A stretch of 59,387 bases of DNA, the filler included, from Candidatus Woesearchaeota archaeon CG1_02_57_44 (GTDB taxonomy: Archaea; Nanobdellota; Nanobdellia; Woesearchaeales; CG1-02-57-44): NCBI GenBank assembly GCA_001871415.1. It is 6 parts of 6 records of this genome, joined end to end, with 100 filler letters (N's around TTAATTAATTAA, not from the genome) between each part and the next. Parts side by side here need not be neighbours in the genome. Positions count along the whole stretch, not along the records: positions 1 to 26,512 come from MNWW01000048.1; positions 26,613 to 33,035 come from MNWW01000046.1; positions 33,136 to 40,198 come from MNWW01000062.1; 3 more parts are not named here. One strand, given 5' to 3'. The translations under genes were made by a program, and so were the position numbers. Positions 25,945 through 35,620 of the stretch are shown here, piece by piece. Under the pieces are notes generated by a model that was not told where the DNA came from, did no database searches, and saw only the letters and a program-made list of their open reading frames with translations. Each line of letters starts with the position of its first letter. Position 1 is the first letter of the stretch.

Positions 25945-26216
25945 TGTCCTATGCTCTCGCCATCCGGACTGGACTTGACAAGACGCTCGAAAAACTGGCG
26001 AAGAGAAACAAGAAACAGCACGAGTTGATGATGAGCAAGGTCGAGGAGATAGTCCGGAACCCACACCGCTACAAGAACCTCAAGAAGCCTTTGCAGCATT
26101 GGAAACGGGTGCACATTGACGGCAGTTTCGTGCTCACGTTCTCGATAGACGAGCAGACCAAGACAGTAACGCTCGAGGACTTCGAGCATCATGACAAGAT
26201 CTACAAGAGAAGATGA
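25941..26216 (+). CDS. RelE/YafQ-family mRNA interferase toxin
   Basis: NPHRYKNLKKPL..KRVHIDGSFVL..FEHHDKIY. Confidence 0.88.
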   Translation: MMSYALAIRTGLDKTLEKLAKRNKKQHELMMSKVEEIVRNPHRYKNLKKPLQHWKRVHIDGSFVLTFSIDEQTKTVTLEDFEHHDKIYKRR

Positions 26217-26366
26217 AGGAACCACAGATGGATGTGGAATGAACAGAGAGATGGATGTAAATGGTCTTGAAGATGGCACAGGAGATGGTACTTGCGATGG
26301 AATAAATGGTCGGAAACTATATTAACATGCTCCTTCTAAGAATAATTAACGAGTCGAGGTGAAATA

Positions 26367-26512
26367 ATGTTGGAACATGGTTTTTCAGGTTTTGTATCAG
26401 TTGCTGAGCTCACATCAGGTAAGTGGAAAACAGTACCTAAAGAGAAGGGGGTATACCTAGTAATCAGAAGATCCTACAAGGAACCAGAATTCTTGACCAA
26501 GAGCGTTGGGGG
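26367..26512 (+). CDS. Truncated protein, possibly GIY-YIG-like
   Basis: GAGGTGA Shine-Dalgarno, VPKEKGVYLVIR, low GC; cut by the contig end. Confidence 0.5.
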
Positions 26513-26612
26513 NNNNNNNNNNNNNNNNNNNNNNNNNNNNNNNNNNNNNNNNNNNNTTAATTAATTAANNNNNNNNNNNNNNNNNNNNNNNNNNNNNNNN
26601 NNNNNNNNNNNN
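26513..26612. other. Artificial contig linker (also at 33036-33135, 40199-40298, 47688-47787, 53430-53529)
   Basis: Identical 100-bp N/TTAATTAATTAA/N spacer with stop codons in all frames; genes are truncated at its edges. Confidence 0.98.
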
Positions 26613-27133
26613 GCTTCCTTCAATGCCGCAGGCAGCTGGTCATAGTAGATGCCGAACTTGCTGTCCGGCCCTCCGGTGATAGTATGATTGTGATGACCTG
26701 CACCCACATCGGGATTGATGCGCAGCGAGATGCTGGTTCCGGGGAACATCGCGCCGAACCTGCGCACCTGCGAGATGCTGTCCATATTGATGAGCACACC
26801 CTGCTCATGGACCTCACGCATCTCCTCGTCAGCGACATTATTGCCCGTGAAGATGATATCCTTTGGCGCAAACCCGGCAAGAAGCGCAGCTTTTATCTCA
26901 TTGAATGAGACCGCGTCAATGCCCATGCCCTCTTCGCGCAGGATGCGCAGTATCTGCAGGTTGGTGTTTGCCTTACAGGCATATAGCATCCTGACTTTCG
27001 GATACACCATCGAGTCCTTCAGGGACTTGACACGGCTGCGAATAATTGCCTCGTCATAGACATACAATGGCGTGCCAAATTGTTCAGCCAGCGTCGGGGC
27101 GTTTATGCCCCCGATTGCGAGTGTTTTTTGCAT
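26613..27133 (-). CDS. lysA: Diaminopimelate decarboxylase, 3'-truncated
   Basis: FGTPLYVYD, YACKANTN, DAVS..E, LRINP and TGGPDSKFG. Confidence 0.92.
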
Positions 27134-27276
27134 TGCCTCCCACCATGATAGCGGGGAGATTCAACAAGTCCCAAAGAACATGGCGAAGCAACTGACGGTA
27201 CTGCCTGATGCGTAGCCACATAGTCTGAACGGCACTTGACTTCCCCAGCGCGGCTGCAATCGGCAGTAGTATTTAT
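27134..27276 (-). promoter_or_regulatory. lysA promoter and ~110-nt structured 5' leader
   Basis: ATAAATA at 27276-27270. GGGGA (27246-27242) pairs with TCCCC (27157-27153) and CAAGT pairs with ACTTG, with inner hairpins. GGAGG Shine-Dalgarno follows. Confidence 0.5.
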
Positions 27277-27499
27277 GCTTTACGACCAGCATTGCAGAAA
27301 TACGCTGCATTTCGTAATCTAGTTGCCACAATCCTGCGAAAGGCAGCAGATTGTAGTACGATATGTCACCATGAAAGCAATATTGCGCCCTGCACGAGCA
27401 GGCATTATCGGCGCATCGGTTTTCGCCGCGCACCCATACCAGCAGAATGCAGCGCGGCAGCTTGAGCGCAATATATATGCTCCGCTGTCATCAGGACCA

Positions 27500-27919
27500 T
27501 TAACCCTGCCGGAGAACAGGGAATGTCTCGGTCTGCAGCACGCCCTTGATGATTCTGATCTGCTCGATAATGTCATTGACCTCGTCAAGGCCCTTGGCCT
27601 TGGTCTTGACCATGCAAAGGATCGTGAATCTGCCAGCCACTTCCATGACTGTCTGCATACCCGGGACGGTGCGCAACTCCTTGACAATGCCGTCAGTGCC
27701 CACCTGCGTGCTCGTCACTATCTCGATGATGGCCGTGGTGTCATAGGCCTCCTCGAGCGTGAACTTGCGGATGACCTTGCGCTCCACCAGGTTCTTCACG
27801 CGCTTACGCACGGTCCCTTCAGAGACGCCCAACTGCCGGGCTATCTCAAGGAAACTGGTGCGGCTGTTGGCGCGGAGCGTCTCGATTATCTTTCGGTCAG
27901 TTGCATCGGGCATACTCAT
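27500..27919 (-). CDS. Lrp/AsnC-family transcriptional regulator
   Basis: DATDRKII..NSRTSFLEIARQLGVSEGTVRKRVKNL helix-turn-helix plus a RAM domain. Confidence 0.93.
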   Translation of the reverse strand: MSMPDATDRKIIETLRANSRTSFLEIARQLGVSEGTVRKRVKNLVERKVIRKFTLEEAYDTTAIIEIVTSTQVGTDGIVKELRTVPGMQTVMEVAGRFTILCMVKTKAKGLDEVNDIIEQIRIIKGVLQTETFPVLRQG

Positions 27920-28123
27920 CGCCATAACGAATTTCTTTAAAAAAGTTTCTCTATGCATTCAATTTAGTGCCACTCAGTAGGTAAATTCGTAGCCTGCATC
28001 GTCTTTCGCGCAAAATTGATGGAATGCGTACCTGAGGAGAAGGAACGACGCGATCGGCCCTTTTGCATCCACGCCTCAACCCCATCCAGACCCTTGCGCA
28101 GCAATGCCATGCATTCTCATCGC

Positions 28124-29827
28124 TCACTTATGCGTGAACCAGAACCGGGAACGCGCATCGCATCGCACAAAGCCAAAGCGCTCGAACTGCACGACCTGAC
28201 CTACAGGGATCGATAGTGATTCTGGCTCTGCCATGCCCGCGATGATATCGTGATCAGGCATCAGCACCTCGATATCCTCGCCAACGCCAACAGGAAGCCA
28301 CTGTAGTACACCCTTGCCCTGTCCGCGATAATCATCCAGTGCTGTCCCGGCGAAGGTGACGGCGTCTGCAGTGACCTGCAGGTTGCAACAACCCATGAGC
28401 CGATACAATCCAGGGTGCTGTTTCATGCGCGCCACATCGGCCCTTGCAAGCAGGACCTTGCCTCCCTCCTTGACCACGAATGTGCGCGAGCCCATGTCGT
28501 TCTCCGGATGGCGCCTGACTGTCGCCGTCAACGCAGGCAGGGCGCTGACCTGTACCACGACAGGATCCGGGACGAAGAAATATCGTGGAGCCGTCGCATC
28601 CAGGAACCTGCGGTTGTGCACCATAAGGTCATCCCATGTCAGGGTGGATTCCGCCTTGCTGATGCCTGTGGCGAGGCAGAACTCCCTTATCGCCACTGGC
28701 TGAAAGCCCCTCCTGCGCAATGCCGCGAGCGTGGTCAGCTGTGGGTCATCCCAGCCCATGAGCTTGCCGCCATCCACCAGCTGGCGTATCTCACGGCCGC
28801 TGGACACGACACCCTCAAGATTGAAGCGCGCGAACTCCACGGTCTGCGTCCGGGGCAGCGAGAGCATGTCCTGCAGGCGATGCTGCAGCTCTGCGCGCAT
28901 CTCAAATTCCTTGCTGCGGAAACGGTGGGTGACGTCCGTAATACCGTCCATGACCGCGTTCTCGAAATCGTAGGACGGCCAGAGACGGTACTGTGTACCT
29001 GTCCGCGCGTGGTTCCCCTCCGCGATGCGAAACATGGTCGGGTCGCGAAGCGTGGTGTTCTTGGCCTGCATATCGACCTTCAGGCGCAGGACTGCTGTTC
29101 CTGCTGGTGCGCTGAAGAGCGACTTCCAACAGACCAGATGCTTGTCTGCTGGTCTGGAGCGGCACCCGCACGCCTCGCCCTTCATGCGGTTCTCACGCAT
29201 GAGCTCAGCGGGGCAATCGCAGATGTACGCGTTGCCATCAGTGATGAGGCGCTCAGCCAGGCGATAGAACTCTTCCATGTGAGCAGACGCATAATCAATG
29301 CCGTCAAACTTCGCTCCCAGCCACGCGTAATCATCAAGGTGCTGCTGGTAGAACTCCGGCCTTGCGAGCGCTGGATTAGTGTCCTCAAAACGCAACAGGA
29401 ACCTGCCATTGTTCCTCCTCGCGAACTCCTGATTGATGAGCAATGCCTTGGCATGACCAATGTGCGGCCACTTGCTGGGCTCTGGTGGAAACGCGGTCGT
29501 GACTGGCACACCTGGCTCGACAGGGACGCTGGAGAACAAGTCGCGCTCCTTGCGCTCAGTCTTGTGCAGAGCGGATTCGTCCTGGCTTTCGAGCAGCGCC
29601 TGCTGCTCCTGCTGGCTCATGATGTTGACTTTTTTTACAGCCTCATCGGCCAGCCCGGCGGCATCTTTCGGGCTATCGCGCAGCTCAGGATGATTTTTCA
29701 TCAGCATGCCGACTATCGCCTTGGGATTCGCCTTTCCGCCGAACTTCTGGGCGTTCTGCAGAGCATAGACAAAGGCAGCGTGCGCGGTGGTGTCCGATGG
29801 CAGCGCCGCGTCATCCTGTTTTGGCAT
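28124..29827 (-). CDS. gltX: Glutamate--tRNA ligase (archaeal, likely non-discriminating)
   Basis: FPPEPS..HIGH, LRFEDTNP, THRFRSKE, GWDDP, LRRRG and VQFERFGF. Confidence 0.96.
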   Translation of the reverse strand: MPKQDDAALPSDTTAHAAFVYALQNAQKFGGKANPKAIVGMLMKNHPELRDSPKDAAGLADEAVKKVNIMSQQEQQALLESQDESALHKTERKERDLFSSVPVEPGVPVTTAFPPEPSKWPHIGHAKALLINQEFARRNNGRFLLRFEDTNPALARPEFYQQHLDDYAWLGAKFDGIDYASAHMEEFYRLAERLITDGNAYICDCPAELMRENRMKGEACGCRSRPADKHLVCWKSLFSAPAGTAVLRLKVDMQAKNTTLRDPTMFRIAEGNHARTGTQYRLWPSYDFENAVMDGITDVTHRFRSKEFEMRAELQHRLQDMLSLPRTQTVEFARFNLEGVVSSGREIRQLVDGGKLMGWDDPQLTTLAALRRRGFQPVAIREFCLATGISKAESTLTWDDLMVHNRRFLDATAPRYFFVPDPVVVQVSALPALTATVRRHPENDMGSRTFVVKEGGKVLLARADVARMKQHPGLYRLMGCCNLQVTADAVTFAGTALDDYRGQGKGVLQWLPVGVGEDIEVLMPDHDIIAGMAEPESLSIPVGQVVQFERFGFVRCDARSRFWFTHK

Positions 29828-29903
29828 GGCGGATGGCGCGTTGGCGCGCAGTAATAAAGTTTTGCCAACAGGCATTTATACGGGACGCGCATCTTGCTGC
29901 GTC

Positions 29904-30245
29904 ATGGCAGGGAACACGACCAAAGACAAGAGATCCTCAGCGCACGACAGCAGCGTGCTTGATACCGCGCGGGTCGAAAAAGAGCGCGACGTGACCGCAA
30001 GGGCGCTCGCGCAGGTGCGGGTTGTCGAGGGGCTTGACGAGAAAGACGCGCAGCGGGCGCGTCAGTTTCTTGACATGGCGCAACGGTATTACGCAGACTC
30101 AGGGCATTTTCTTACATTGGGTGATCACATCAGGGCCTTTGGGGCTGCCTACTACGCGCACGCCTGGTTGGACGCTGGCGTCATCGCAGGCATCCTCGCA
30201 GGCGATGACCCCGCGCTGTTCATGATCGAGAAGCAATCGATATGA
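29904..30245 (+). CDS. DUF357-family protein
   Basis: FLDMAQRYYADSGHF..GD..AFGA..YAHAWLDAG. Confidence 0.88.
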   Translation: MAGNTTKDKRSSAHDSSVLDTARVEKERDVTARALAQVRVVEGLDEKDAQRARQFLDMAQRYYADSGHFLTLGDHIRAFGAAYYAHAWLDAGVIAGILAGDDPALFMIEKQSI

Positions 30246-30323
30246 TAGGAAGAAGACATCAGGAGAATTACCAGAAGCGAAACAGAAGAAAAAAACGCGC
30301 GAGCGCGCGGCATTGATTCTTTA

Positions 30324-31256
30324 CTACTTCCCTGTCCTGAAGTATCGCGCCGCCAATTCCGGGCTCACGGAATTGATAATGACACCGCCAGAGAGCTCAA
30401 AGCCCGCCCAGGTCGCGATGCGCGGGGTTATCTCGATGTGCAGGTGCGTGCCGTAGTGGATGAAGAAGTTGTACGCGGCATTGATGCTCTTCAGACGCTT
30501 GAGCACTTTTGACAGACAGAGCGCCATGCCCGCCAGCTCCTTATCCTTGAGGTCAGAGAAACGCTTCACCGTGCGCTTAGGCAATATGCGGGCCTGGAAG
30601 TTATAGGCAGAAGCGTACGGCGCGAACGCGACAACACCGCCACTCTCCATGATGAACCTTGGGCCCTTTGACTCTGCTTTCGCCATGGCGACATACGGAG
30701 AGACACCATGCTTCTTCTGATACGCTGCCGCGTCCTTCTGCTCCTCGACCACATGATGGGGCATTATTGGCAGGGAAATGATCTGCGTATGGCTGTGGAC
30801 AAGCGATGTTCCGCCAGCCCTGCCATTGTTCTTGAAGACCAGCACGTACTTGGCGCCCTGCGCCTCAAGCTGCTCAATGCGCTGAGAATAGACGTTAAAT
30901 ATCTCACGGATCCTTGCGGCAGGGAGGTCCGCAAGCTGCTGCTTGTGGTCAGGCGTCTCGACAATGACCTCATGCGTGCCGATAGCAGGAAGGAGCTTGG
31001 CATCCATGATGGGCTGAAAACCAGACAGCTGACCGCTGCCATCCACTGCTGGAAATTTATTGGGAAACACCCGCACACGCCAGGGCTTGCCGATGCGCAT
31101 GATCTCCGGCGGGGTGAGACCTTCGCTACCGGGGCAGAAGTAACAGACAGAACCTTCCACAGTCTCTTCAAGCTTCTTGAACTCATGCGGGCGCACACCG
31201 CGCTTCTCTGCGATGATGACCCACTTGTTCTGAAAATAGTCTTTTCGTAGTTCCAT
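30324..31256 (-). CDS. galT: Galactose-1-phosphate uridylyltransferase
   Basis: ELRKD..WVIIA..R..RP, CYFCPG, VFPNKFP, HEVIVETPDH and HSHTQ. Confidence 0.93.
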   Translation of the reverse strand: MELRKDYFQNKWVIIAEKRGVRPHEFKKLEETVEGSVCYFCPGSEGLTPPEIMRIGKPWRVRVFPNKFPAVDGSGQLSGFQPIMDAKLLPAIGTHEVIVETPDHKQQLADLPAARIREIFNVYSQRIEQLEAQGAKYVLVFKNNGRAGGTSLVHSHTQIISLPIMPHHVVEEQKDAAAYQKKHGVSPYVAMAKAESKGPRFIMESGGVVAFAPYASAYNFQARILPKRTVKRFSDLKDKELAGMALCLSKVLKRLKSINAAYNFFIHYGTHLHIEITPRIATWAGFELSGGVIINSVSPELAARYFRTGK

Positions 31257-31712
31257 GAGATTCACCAACCAGGATATCTTGGTCATGCGGTTTATAAAAC
31301 CTTGTATGATAAATATGAATGGGCCGGAAGAAACCATGATGCTCTGACTGGCGCACGGTACGTGCTCGGGATACTACTCCCAACATCATTGCGATGATCA
31401 CGACATGAAGCATCTGCATACGCTGATGGTTGCGCGGCTCACCTGCAAGAAGTCTGTTGCACAGACCGCCGCATAGGTGATAGGCCCTTAGACCCGCACG
31501 CCCAACGCACCCGCGCACCATCCTGCCAATGCGCATCAACGCAGCGCATCCTTCACGCGCTCCGGGCATGAAGCGCCTCTATTCCCCCAACACGTCTGGC
31601 AGCGGGCAACAAGGCATCCGCACGCCTCAATCTTCACTATCCACCCAGCTCCACCGACCGTAGCATTTATAAACCTCCGGCCGTGCTAACCACTATTTTG
31701 GGGGGAATAAGG

Positions 31713-33035
31713 GTGAAGAATAGGCTAGCATGGCTTCTTTCCGCAGCGCTAGCCGTACCCATGGCCTTTGCCATTGAGATGCCGGTCAATTTCCGTCTTG
31801 ACCTCTCCAGTGTCGCCGGGTTCATCAGCAACGCGGGCAAATTGCTCATGGACCTCATCCAGAGCACGAATGTCGTCTATATGCTGACATTCATTGTCCT
31901 GATTGTGCTGCTGTACAGCATCTATTCTGTCGGCCTTCGTCGCATCAAGGTCTTTCAGGCAGGCGACCATATGTCGCGCTCCGGCAAGATGGTCGCGCTG
32001 TCATTCGCGCTGCTATCCGTGCTGGCCATGTTCTGGAAGAGTGATCCTGTCACGGTGCTGACGCAGGTACTCGCGCCGTTCGGTGTGCTGGCAGGGCTGG
32101 TGACTGCCGCAATCGTGTTTCTCCTGGTGTCTGTCGGGCTTCGGGAGGAAGGCGCCGGGTATCAATTCGCGCTGACCGCAGCCGCGCTCGCGATGGTCTG
32201 GATGGGCGCATTATTGGGCTATGATAATGTCTGGTGGATAGGATGGATGCTATTGGCCTTGGCGATGCTGCTGTATAGCATAGTGAGCTGGCTCAGGCGG
32301 GAGCGGCCGGAAGATCCGTTGCCGCCGCCGGTGCCGCCGCCTGCTCCGGCTCCTACTCCGACGCCTACGCCTATACCACCAACACCAACTCCAACACCGA
32401 CACCAACGCCCACACCAACACCAACGCCCACGCCAACGCCCACTCCGACACCAACTCCAACACCCACACCAACACCCACACCGACACCAACACCTACACC
32501 CACACCGACACCAACTCCAACACCTACACCGACGCCCACTCCGACACCAACGCCGACACCAACACCTACACCAACTCCAACACCTACACCGACTCCAACG
32601 CCAACTCCGACACCAACGCCAACACCCGCACCCTTCCAGATACTCATCACGCCGCAGGATGGCGCCAATCCTCATACGACACCCACACCAGCGACTGATC
32701 CAGCAGACCCTACACTTATAGATCCCGCACGAGCAGGAAGCACCACTATACCTACGACCCCACCCAATACCCGCTATATTGACAAACTCATGTTCAACAT
32801 CGACAAGAGCGGAGGACCTGGAGAATTCGAGCTATGCTGCGTGATCATCAGGAGGAACACAAACACGGAGATAGACTATGCTACATGGGGAGTAGGACGC
32901 AGAATACTTGGCGGTTCCGGGGGGCTTCGCCGCTCTGTCAATGGTACACGAGCAAGAGAATTTCGCCCGACCATACGACTCACGGGCTCCACCCGGAAGT
33001 CCTATACCCTCCAGGTCGACCTGAACATCCCACGG
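31713..33035 (+). CDS. Multi-pass membrane protein with a long Pro-Thr linker, 3'-truncated
   Basis: Signal-like N-terminus, about 5 TM segments, then (PT)n and a globular region cut by the linker. Confidence 0.85.
32382..32627 (+). repeat. About 41 Thr-Pro dipeptide repeats
   Basis: ACN-CCN hexamers with variable third codon positions. Confidence 0.95.
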
Positions 33036-33244
33036 NNNNNNNNNNNNNNNNNNNNNNNNNNNNNNNNNNNNNNNNNNNNTTAATTAATTAANNNNNNNNN
33101 NNNNNNNNNNNNNNNNNNNNNNNNNNNNNNNNNNNCATCAACACACGCTCATTCTTACTAGCCCACGCTTTGTATTCCACACTATATCATACCCTGCAGC
33201 GTTGCGAAAAGCATCACGCCCGACCAATAGGTTTATAAGAGGCA

Positions 33245-33505
33245 ATGACAGCTGCAATGCATTGGGGTGATCCATTGATCAGCGCGTTTGTATTGATTGC
33301 CGTCAGGGCTGGCCGGGAGAAGAAAGTGCTTAATGAGATACAGGGAGTCAAAGGAATCGAGTTTGTCAATGAGCTCTATGGCGAATGGGACCTTATCGCC
33401 AAGCTCGAAGGTGAGCAGCTTGAGGCCATTGACCATATCATCTCTGATGACATCCGTACCAATCCTGATGTGAAATTGACATCGACCATGATTGTGGCAC
33501 GATGA
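33245..33505 (+). CDS. Stand-alone Lrp/AsnC ligand-binding (RAM) domain protein
   Basis: AFVLI..G.E..V..LYGEWDLIAK..IR..V..TSTMI; no HTH. The start is uncertain. Confidence 0.85.
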   Translation: MTAAMHWGDPLISAFVLIAVRAGREKKVLNEIQGVKGIEFVNELYGEWDLIAKLEGEQLEAIDHIISDDIRTNPDVKLTSTMIVAR

Positions 33506-34128
33506 GCTTTCTGGACGGCTACTCAGGGCAGAAGTTTCTGGCGAGCTACGGCATTAGTGGCCCGAAGCAACACCTGGCGACCAGCGCGGAGCAGGCGTCA
33601 GCGGCCGCCATGCGCATAGGATTCCCGGTGGTCATGAAGATAGCCGCCCAGGAGCTGGTGCACAAGTCCAATAAAGGCCTCATCGTGACAGGCATCCCTG
33701 ACGCGGCGGCGGCCAAAGCCGCGTTCATGGGCATCATGACCAGGGCCAAAGGCATCCCTGCCGATGGCGTGGNNNNNNNNNTGGTGCAGGAGACCGCGCA
33801 TGGCAATGAGCTTATCGCGGGAGCGAGACATGACGGACAGTTCGGACCCATCATCCTCGTGGGCTCAGGCGGCATCCTGACAGAGATTGTCAAGGACATC
33901 CAGATTGGCATCTGCCCGCTTAGCAAGGCGCAGCTACGCGGCCTGGTCGAGAAGCTCAAGCTCTATCCTGTGCTGCAAGGAGCCCGTGGGACCGTATCCG
34001 ACATCGATGAGATAATCAAGGTGCTCGACGGACTGCAGCGTATGCTCAAGAAAGTGCAGGAAGTGGAGATAAATCCTCTGCTGTGCGGAAAAAAAGCGAT
34101 CGCCGTCGACGCGAGGGTGATACTATGA
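33502..34128 (+). CDS. acdB: ADP-forming acetate--CoA ligase, beta (ATP-grasp) subunit
   Basis: IGFPVVMK, HKS, FGPIILVGSGG, EINPL and AVDARV. Contains a small N gap. Confidence 0.9.
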   Translation: MSFLDGYSGQKFLASYGISGPKQHLATSAEQASAAAMRIGFPVVMKIAAQELVHKSNKGLIVTGIPDAAAAKAAFMGIMTRAKGIPADGVXXXXVQETAHGNELIAGARHDGQFGPIILVGSGGILTEIVKDIQIGICPLSKAQLRGLVEKLKLYPVLQGARGTVSDIDEIIKVLDGLQRMLKKVQEVEINPLLCGKKAIAVDARVIL

Positions 34129-35528
34129 GCCGCCCGTATCTTGACCGTCTGTTCGCGCCAAGGTCCGTCGCGTTGATAGGCGCGTCGCGTGACAAGACCA
34201 GCGTAGGCTTCGGCATCGCCGAGAATCTGGTGTTCGGCGCGGTCATGAAGAGCGCGTCCAGCAGCCCCTTCGAAGGTGATGTCTTCTTCATCAATCCTCA
34301 CGCTGATGAGATACTTGGCAGAAAGTGCCTGACCTCCATCCTGAAAGTGCCCAAAGCAATAGACCTTGCGGTCATCGCTGTTCCTGCGAAGGTCGTTCCT
34401 GCGGTGCTCGAGGAATGTGGAAAAAAGAAAGTCCCGTTCGCCATCATCATCTCTGCCGGTTTCAACGAGTCAGGAGGAGACGATCTCTCAGACCTGACCA
34501 TGAAAGTGGCGAAGAGACAAGGCATCCGCCTCATCGGCCCGAATTGCCTGGGTCTGCTGCGCCCGCAGACGCATCTGAACGCGAGCTTCGCGCCGAGCAT
34601 GCCAAAGGCGGGCCCGGTGGCGTTCATCAGCCAGAGCGGCGCTTTGGCGGACAGCGTCATCGACTGGGCGATCGACGAAGGTTACGGGTTCTCTGGCATC
34701 GTGAGCATAGGCAACGCACTGGACCTGGGTTTTGCCGACCTGCTGGAGTTCTTCTCGCAGGACCCGCACACGAAGGTCATCACGCTCTATATAGAGGGAC
34801 TGCATGACGGGCGCAGGTTCTACCATCACTTGAAGGCCGCGACCGCGAAGAAGCCGGTCGTTATCCTGAAAGCAGGCAGGACCGCCGCTAGCCAGAAGGC
34901 CATAGGCAGTCACACCGCGTCCTTGTCCGGTGATTTCGCCGTATTCACGGCAGCCATCGAACAGGCAGGAGGCATCCTTGTCGATTCTGTGGAGGACCTC
35001 TTTGACATGGGCAAGGCATTGGCCTGGCAACCGCCGCTGAGACACGGGCGCGTGGCAATCGTCACCAATGCCGGCGGCCCTGGCGTGGTCTGCGCTGACT
35101 GGTGCAGCAGGCTGGGGCTGGAGGTCGTGCCCTTGGAGCAGTCCACGATAAAGAAGCTGGACGCGACCAAGGTCATGAGCCCCGCGTATTCCCGGAGCAA
35201 TCCGCTGGACCTGGTGGGTGACGCCCTGCCGCATCAGTATGAGGCCGGAATCATGACATTCCTGGGTGAGAAGTATATCGACGGCATCATCGTCATCCAG
35301 ACCATACAGACCATGACGCAGTCATTGGAGGACGCGATGGTCGTGGTCAAGGCCAAGCAGCGCTTCCCGGACAAGCCCATCATCTGCCTGTACATGGGCG
35401 GCAGGTTCAGCCGCAAGGCCATACACCTTCTGGAGGCCCATGGCATCCCAGACTATAATGACCCGCGCAATGCTGCGCTCGCCATGCACGCGCTGTTTGT
35501 CGCGGGCAGCAACAAGAAGAGAAGATAG
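34125..35528 (+). CDS. acdA: ADP-forming acetate--CoA ligase, alpha subunit
   Basis: SVALIGAS, IGPNCLG, SQSGAL, SHTASL (phospho-His), TNAGGPG and NPLDLVGDA. Confidence 0.94.
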   Translation: MSRPYLDRLFAPRSVALIGASRDKTSVGFGIAENLVFGAVMKSASSSPFEGDVFFINPHADEILGRKCLTSILKVPKAIDLAVIAVPAKVVPAVLEECGKKKVPFAIIISAGFNESGGDDLSDLTMKVAKRQGIRLIGPNCLGLLRPQTHLNASFAPSMPKAGPVAFISQSGALADSVIDWAIDEGYGFSGIVSIGNALDLGFADLLEFFSQDPHTKVITLYIEGLHDGRRFYHHLKAATAKKPVVILKAGRTAASQKAIGSHTASLSGDFAVFTAAIEQAGGILVDSVEDLFDMGKALAWQPPLRHGRVAIVTNAGGPGVVCADWCSRLGLEVVPLEQSTIKKLDATKVMSPAYSRSNPLDLVGDALPHQYEAGIMTFLGEKYIDGIIVIQTIQTMTQSLEDAMVVVKAKQRFPDKPIICLYMGGRFSRKAIHLLEAHGIPDYNDPRNAALAMHALFVAGSNKKRR

Positions 35529-35532
35529 ACCT

Positions 35533-35573
35533 GTCTGAAGCATATTGTAGGTCTGAAGCATATTGTTGGTCTG
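35533..35573. repeat. 18-bp tandem duplication between convergent acdA and pelota
   Basis: GTCTGAAGCATATTGTWG twice plus a partial third unit. Confidence 0.85.
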
Positions 35574-35620
35574 TCGCGGATATGGTCGATAAGCATACAA
35601 CCTCACTGCGATGAGCAGTC

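Noticed and set aside
26513..26612. Recurrent TTAATTAATTAA motif within N runs
   Set aside because: Identical 100-bp artificial contig linker. Adjacency across these points is not biological.
27134..27330. Canonical lysine (L-box) riboswitch
   Set aside because: Lacks the AGAGGUGC start, loop-E/kink-turn pattern and length of the bacterial family.
28415..29854. Long antisense ORFs (also 7908-8882, 20801-21952, 43806-44966, 53482-54765)
   Set aside because: They lie opposite well-supported genes and are expected from GC-rich codon bias; they carry no motifs.
31183..31569. ORF in the galT upstream gap
   Set aside because: It overlaps the galT start and promoter, has atypical composition and shows no motif.
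32219..32675. Gly-Val and Cys-Trp-Arg repeat ORFs on the minus strand
   Set aside because: Antisense shadows of the Pro-Thr repeat.
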